The notes below the pieces were generated by a model that saw only the letters and a program-made list of their open reading frames with translations, had not been told where the DNA came from and did no database searches. From the NCBI RefSeq assembly GCF_001194135.2, contig NC_069001.1, positions 7,391,255 to 7,455,254 of the forward strand: 64,000 nt of DNA. The letters are read 5' to 3'. Positions 62,280-64,000 of this stretch are shown here, in pieces. The stretch comes from Octopus bimaculoides (lineage: Eukaryota). A program made the position numbers and the translations under genes. How positions within the stretch are numbered: position 1 is the stretch's first letter; each line of letters opens with the position of its first letter.

Positions 62280-62840
62280 TATATAGACATACACATATAA
62301 CATAGACATATATATACATACACATATAACTTAGACATATACATACACATATAACAAACACATATATACACACATACATATATACATGTTCATATATGCA
62401 AATACCTACAGACTTATATACACGCATACACATGTATCCATATACATACACACATATAAAATATATACTCACACACACACACACACATATCTGTATGTGT
62501 GTGTGTGCCTGCTTGTTTATATATGTGTGTGTGTATGTGTGTGAGCATGCTTGCGCGCATGCGCATATACACACTTTATACATCCACCCATTTTCGTTGA
62601 ACAATCGTACCTCATTAACAAATTACTACCACTACAACAACTACTTCTACTACAACCACCACCACCACCAACACCACCACCACCAACACCACCACCACCA
62701 CCACTAGCACCATTACCACAACCTTCACCACCACCACAATTCATTCCTTCCAAAAGACCTCTTTTCCCTGTTTTTTTTTTCTCCCACCTTTTAACCAAAT
62801 AACCAATTCCATCCCAAACTAGGCTTATTCCATAACATAA

Positions 62841-62923
<83 letters not shown>

Positions 62924-63854
62924 GTGTTGTGTTTGTGCAAGTATATTATATGTGTATAAATCTCAATGGTTCATTGATTTATTCTATATGAATACGCAGT
63001 CATTACAGGCATACATTCACTAATGTACACAAAACCTAGAAATCAAGCTGCATTTTTGTATTTTTATTTTTTTTATTTCTGTGATTTTTTAATGGGTTTT
63101 CATTCTAAATGTTCCATGTTCCGCCATAATAATCCCATATACATGGACAAAGAGGTGTGCGTGTGTGTGTGTGTGTGTGCATGTATAAATGTATATATAA
63201 ACATCACATATATACATATATATATATACATATACATATGTATATATATATATATATACATACATACATATATATATATTTATACATATATATACATATA
63301 TACATATACATATATATACATATATTTATATATATACATATATGTACATATGTACATATATATATATACACACACACACACATACATACACATTCCTACA
63401 TAAACATACACGTATTTACATATAAATAAATAAACACACACCCCTGTAAATACATGTATGTGTAATCACATGTATGTGTAATCACATGTATAGAAACCTA
63501 AATATATACATATATAAACACATTAACATGAGTTTATACATAAACACATGCATATCAACATGCACACACAAATATATAATATAAAAAAACACACACGTAT
63601 ATGTATATATAGATGCATGAACACACACAAAAGAAGCACACATGTACACAACACATGCATGTGTGTGTGTGTGAGTGTGTGTGTGTGTGTACAGATGAAG
63701 TACAATCTCATGTTCTAACACTGACAGTCCTATAAATTTTCAACTGTGGCAATTCCAAATTACAACCAGGAAATGTTAAACTGATTCTCAGAAACTGTTA
63801 TATACATGCGAAAGAGACTTGTACGCATATGGCGTGCATGTGTATACACACACA

Positions 63855-63903
<49 letters not shown>

Positions 63904-64000
63904 GAAACACTGTACATACATACACACTCATATCCAATGTGTTTTCTATGTAAAAACATAAAAGAATTTTATTCATGTTTCTGGTGGAAATATGTAAAGT

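Overview
This is AT-rich, repeat-dominated eukaryotic DNA from a gapped short-read assembly, with about 9 kb of N in 15 larger gaps. The SINE families and microsatellite load point to an octopus genome; this is my recollection of Octopus repeats, not a database check. I recognise no intact host protein-coding gene. Almost all long ORFs in the track come from microsatellites or N-runs. What is supported: four dispersed repeat families (three tRNA-headed SINEs, A/B/D, plus family C, the 3' UTR of an RTE-clade LINE); three mariner transposase relics and small MITEs; Dong/R4-type restriction-like-endonuclease LINE fragments embedded in (TAA)n; a tRNA-Ala(TGC) gene or pseudogene; and several minisatellites. 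The most interesting signal is a set of minimal type I hammerhead ribozyme (HHR) motifs from at least four unrelated sequence families (28-140, 41833-41878, 42996-43043, 48857/59692, possibly 49113 and 39594), typical of Penelope-like elements (PLEs) and mostly next to (TA)n. One element (41624-41928) joins a tRNA-Ile-like segment with a B-box to an HHR tail, in the inverted-arm layout typical of PLE insertions. It is a candidate Pol III-headed, ribozyme-bearing, PLE-mobilised SINE or retrozyme. There is also a consensus recursive-splice (AG|GTAAGT) site on the minus strand at 1767/1766, suggesting the window may lie in a very long intron, and a perfect 57-bp-arm palindrome at 21923-22038.
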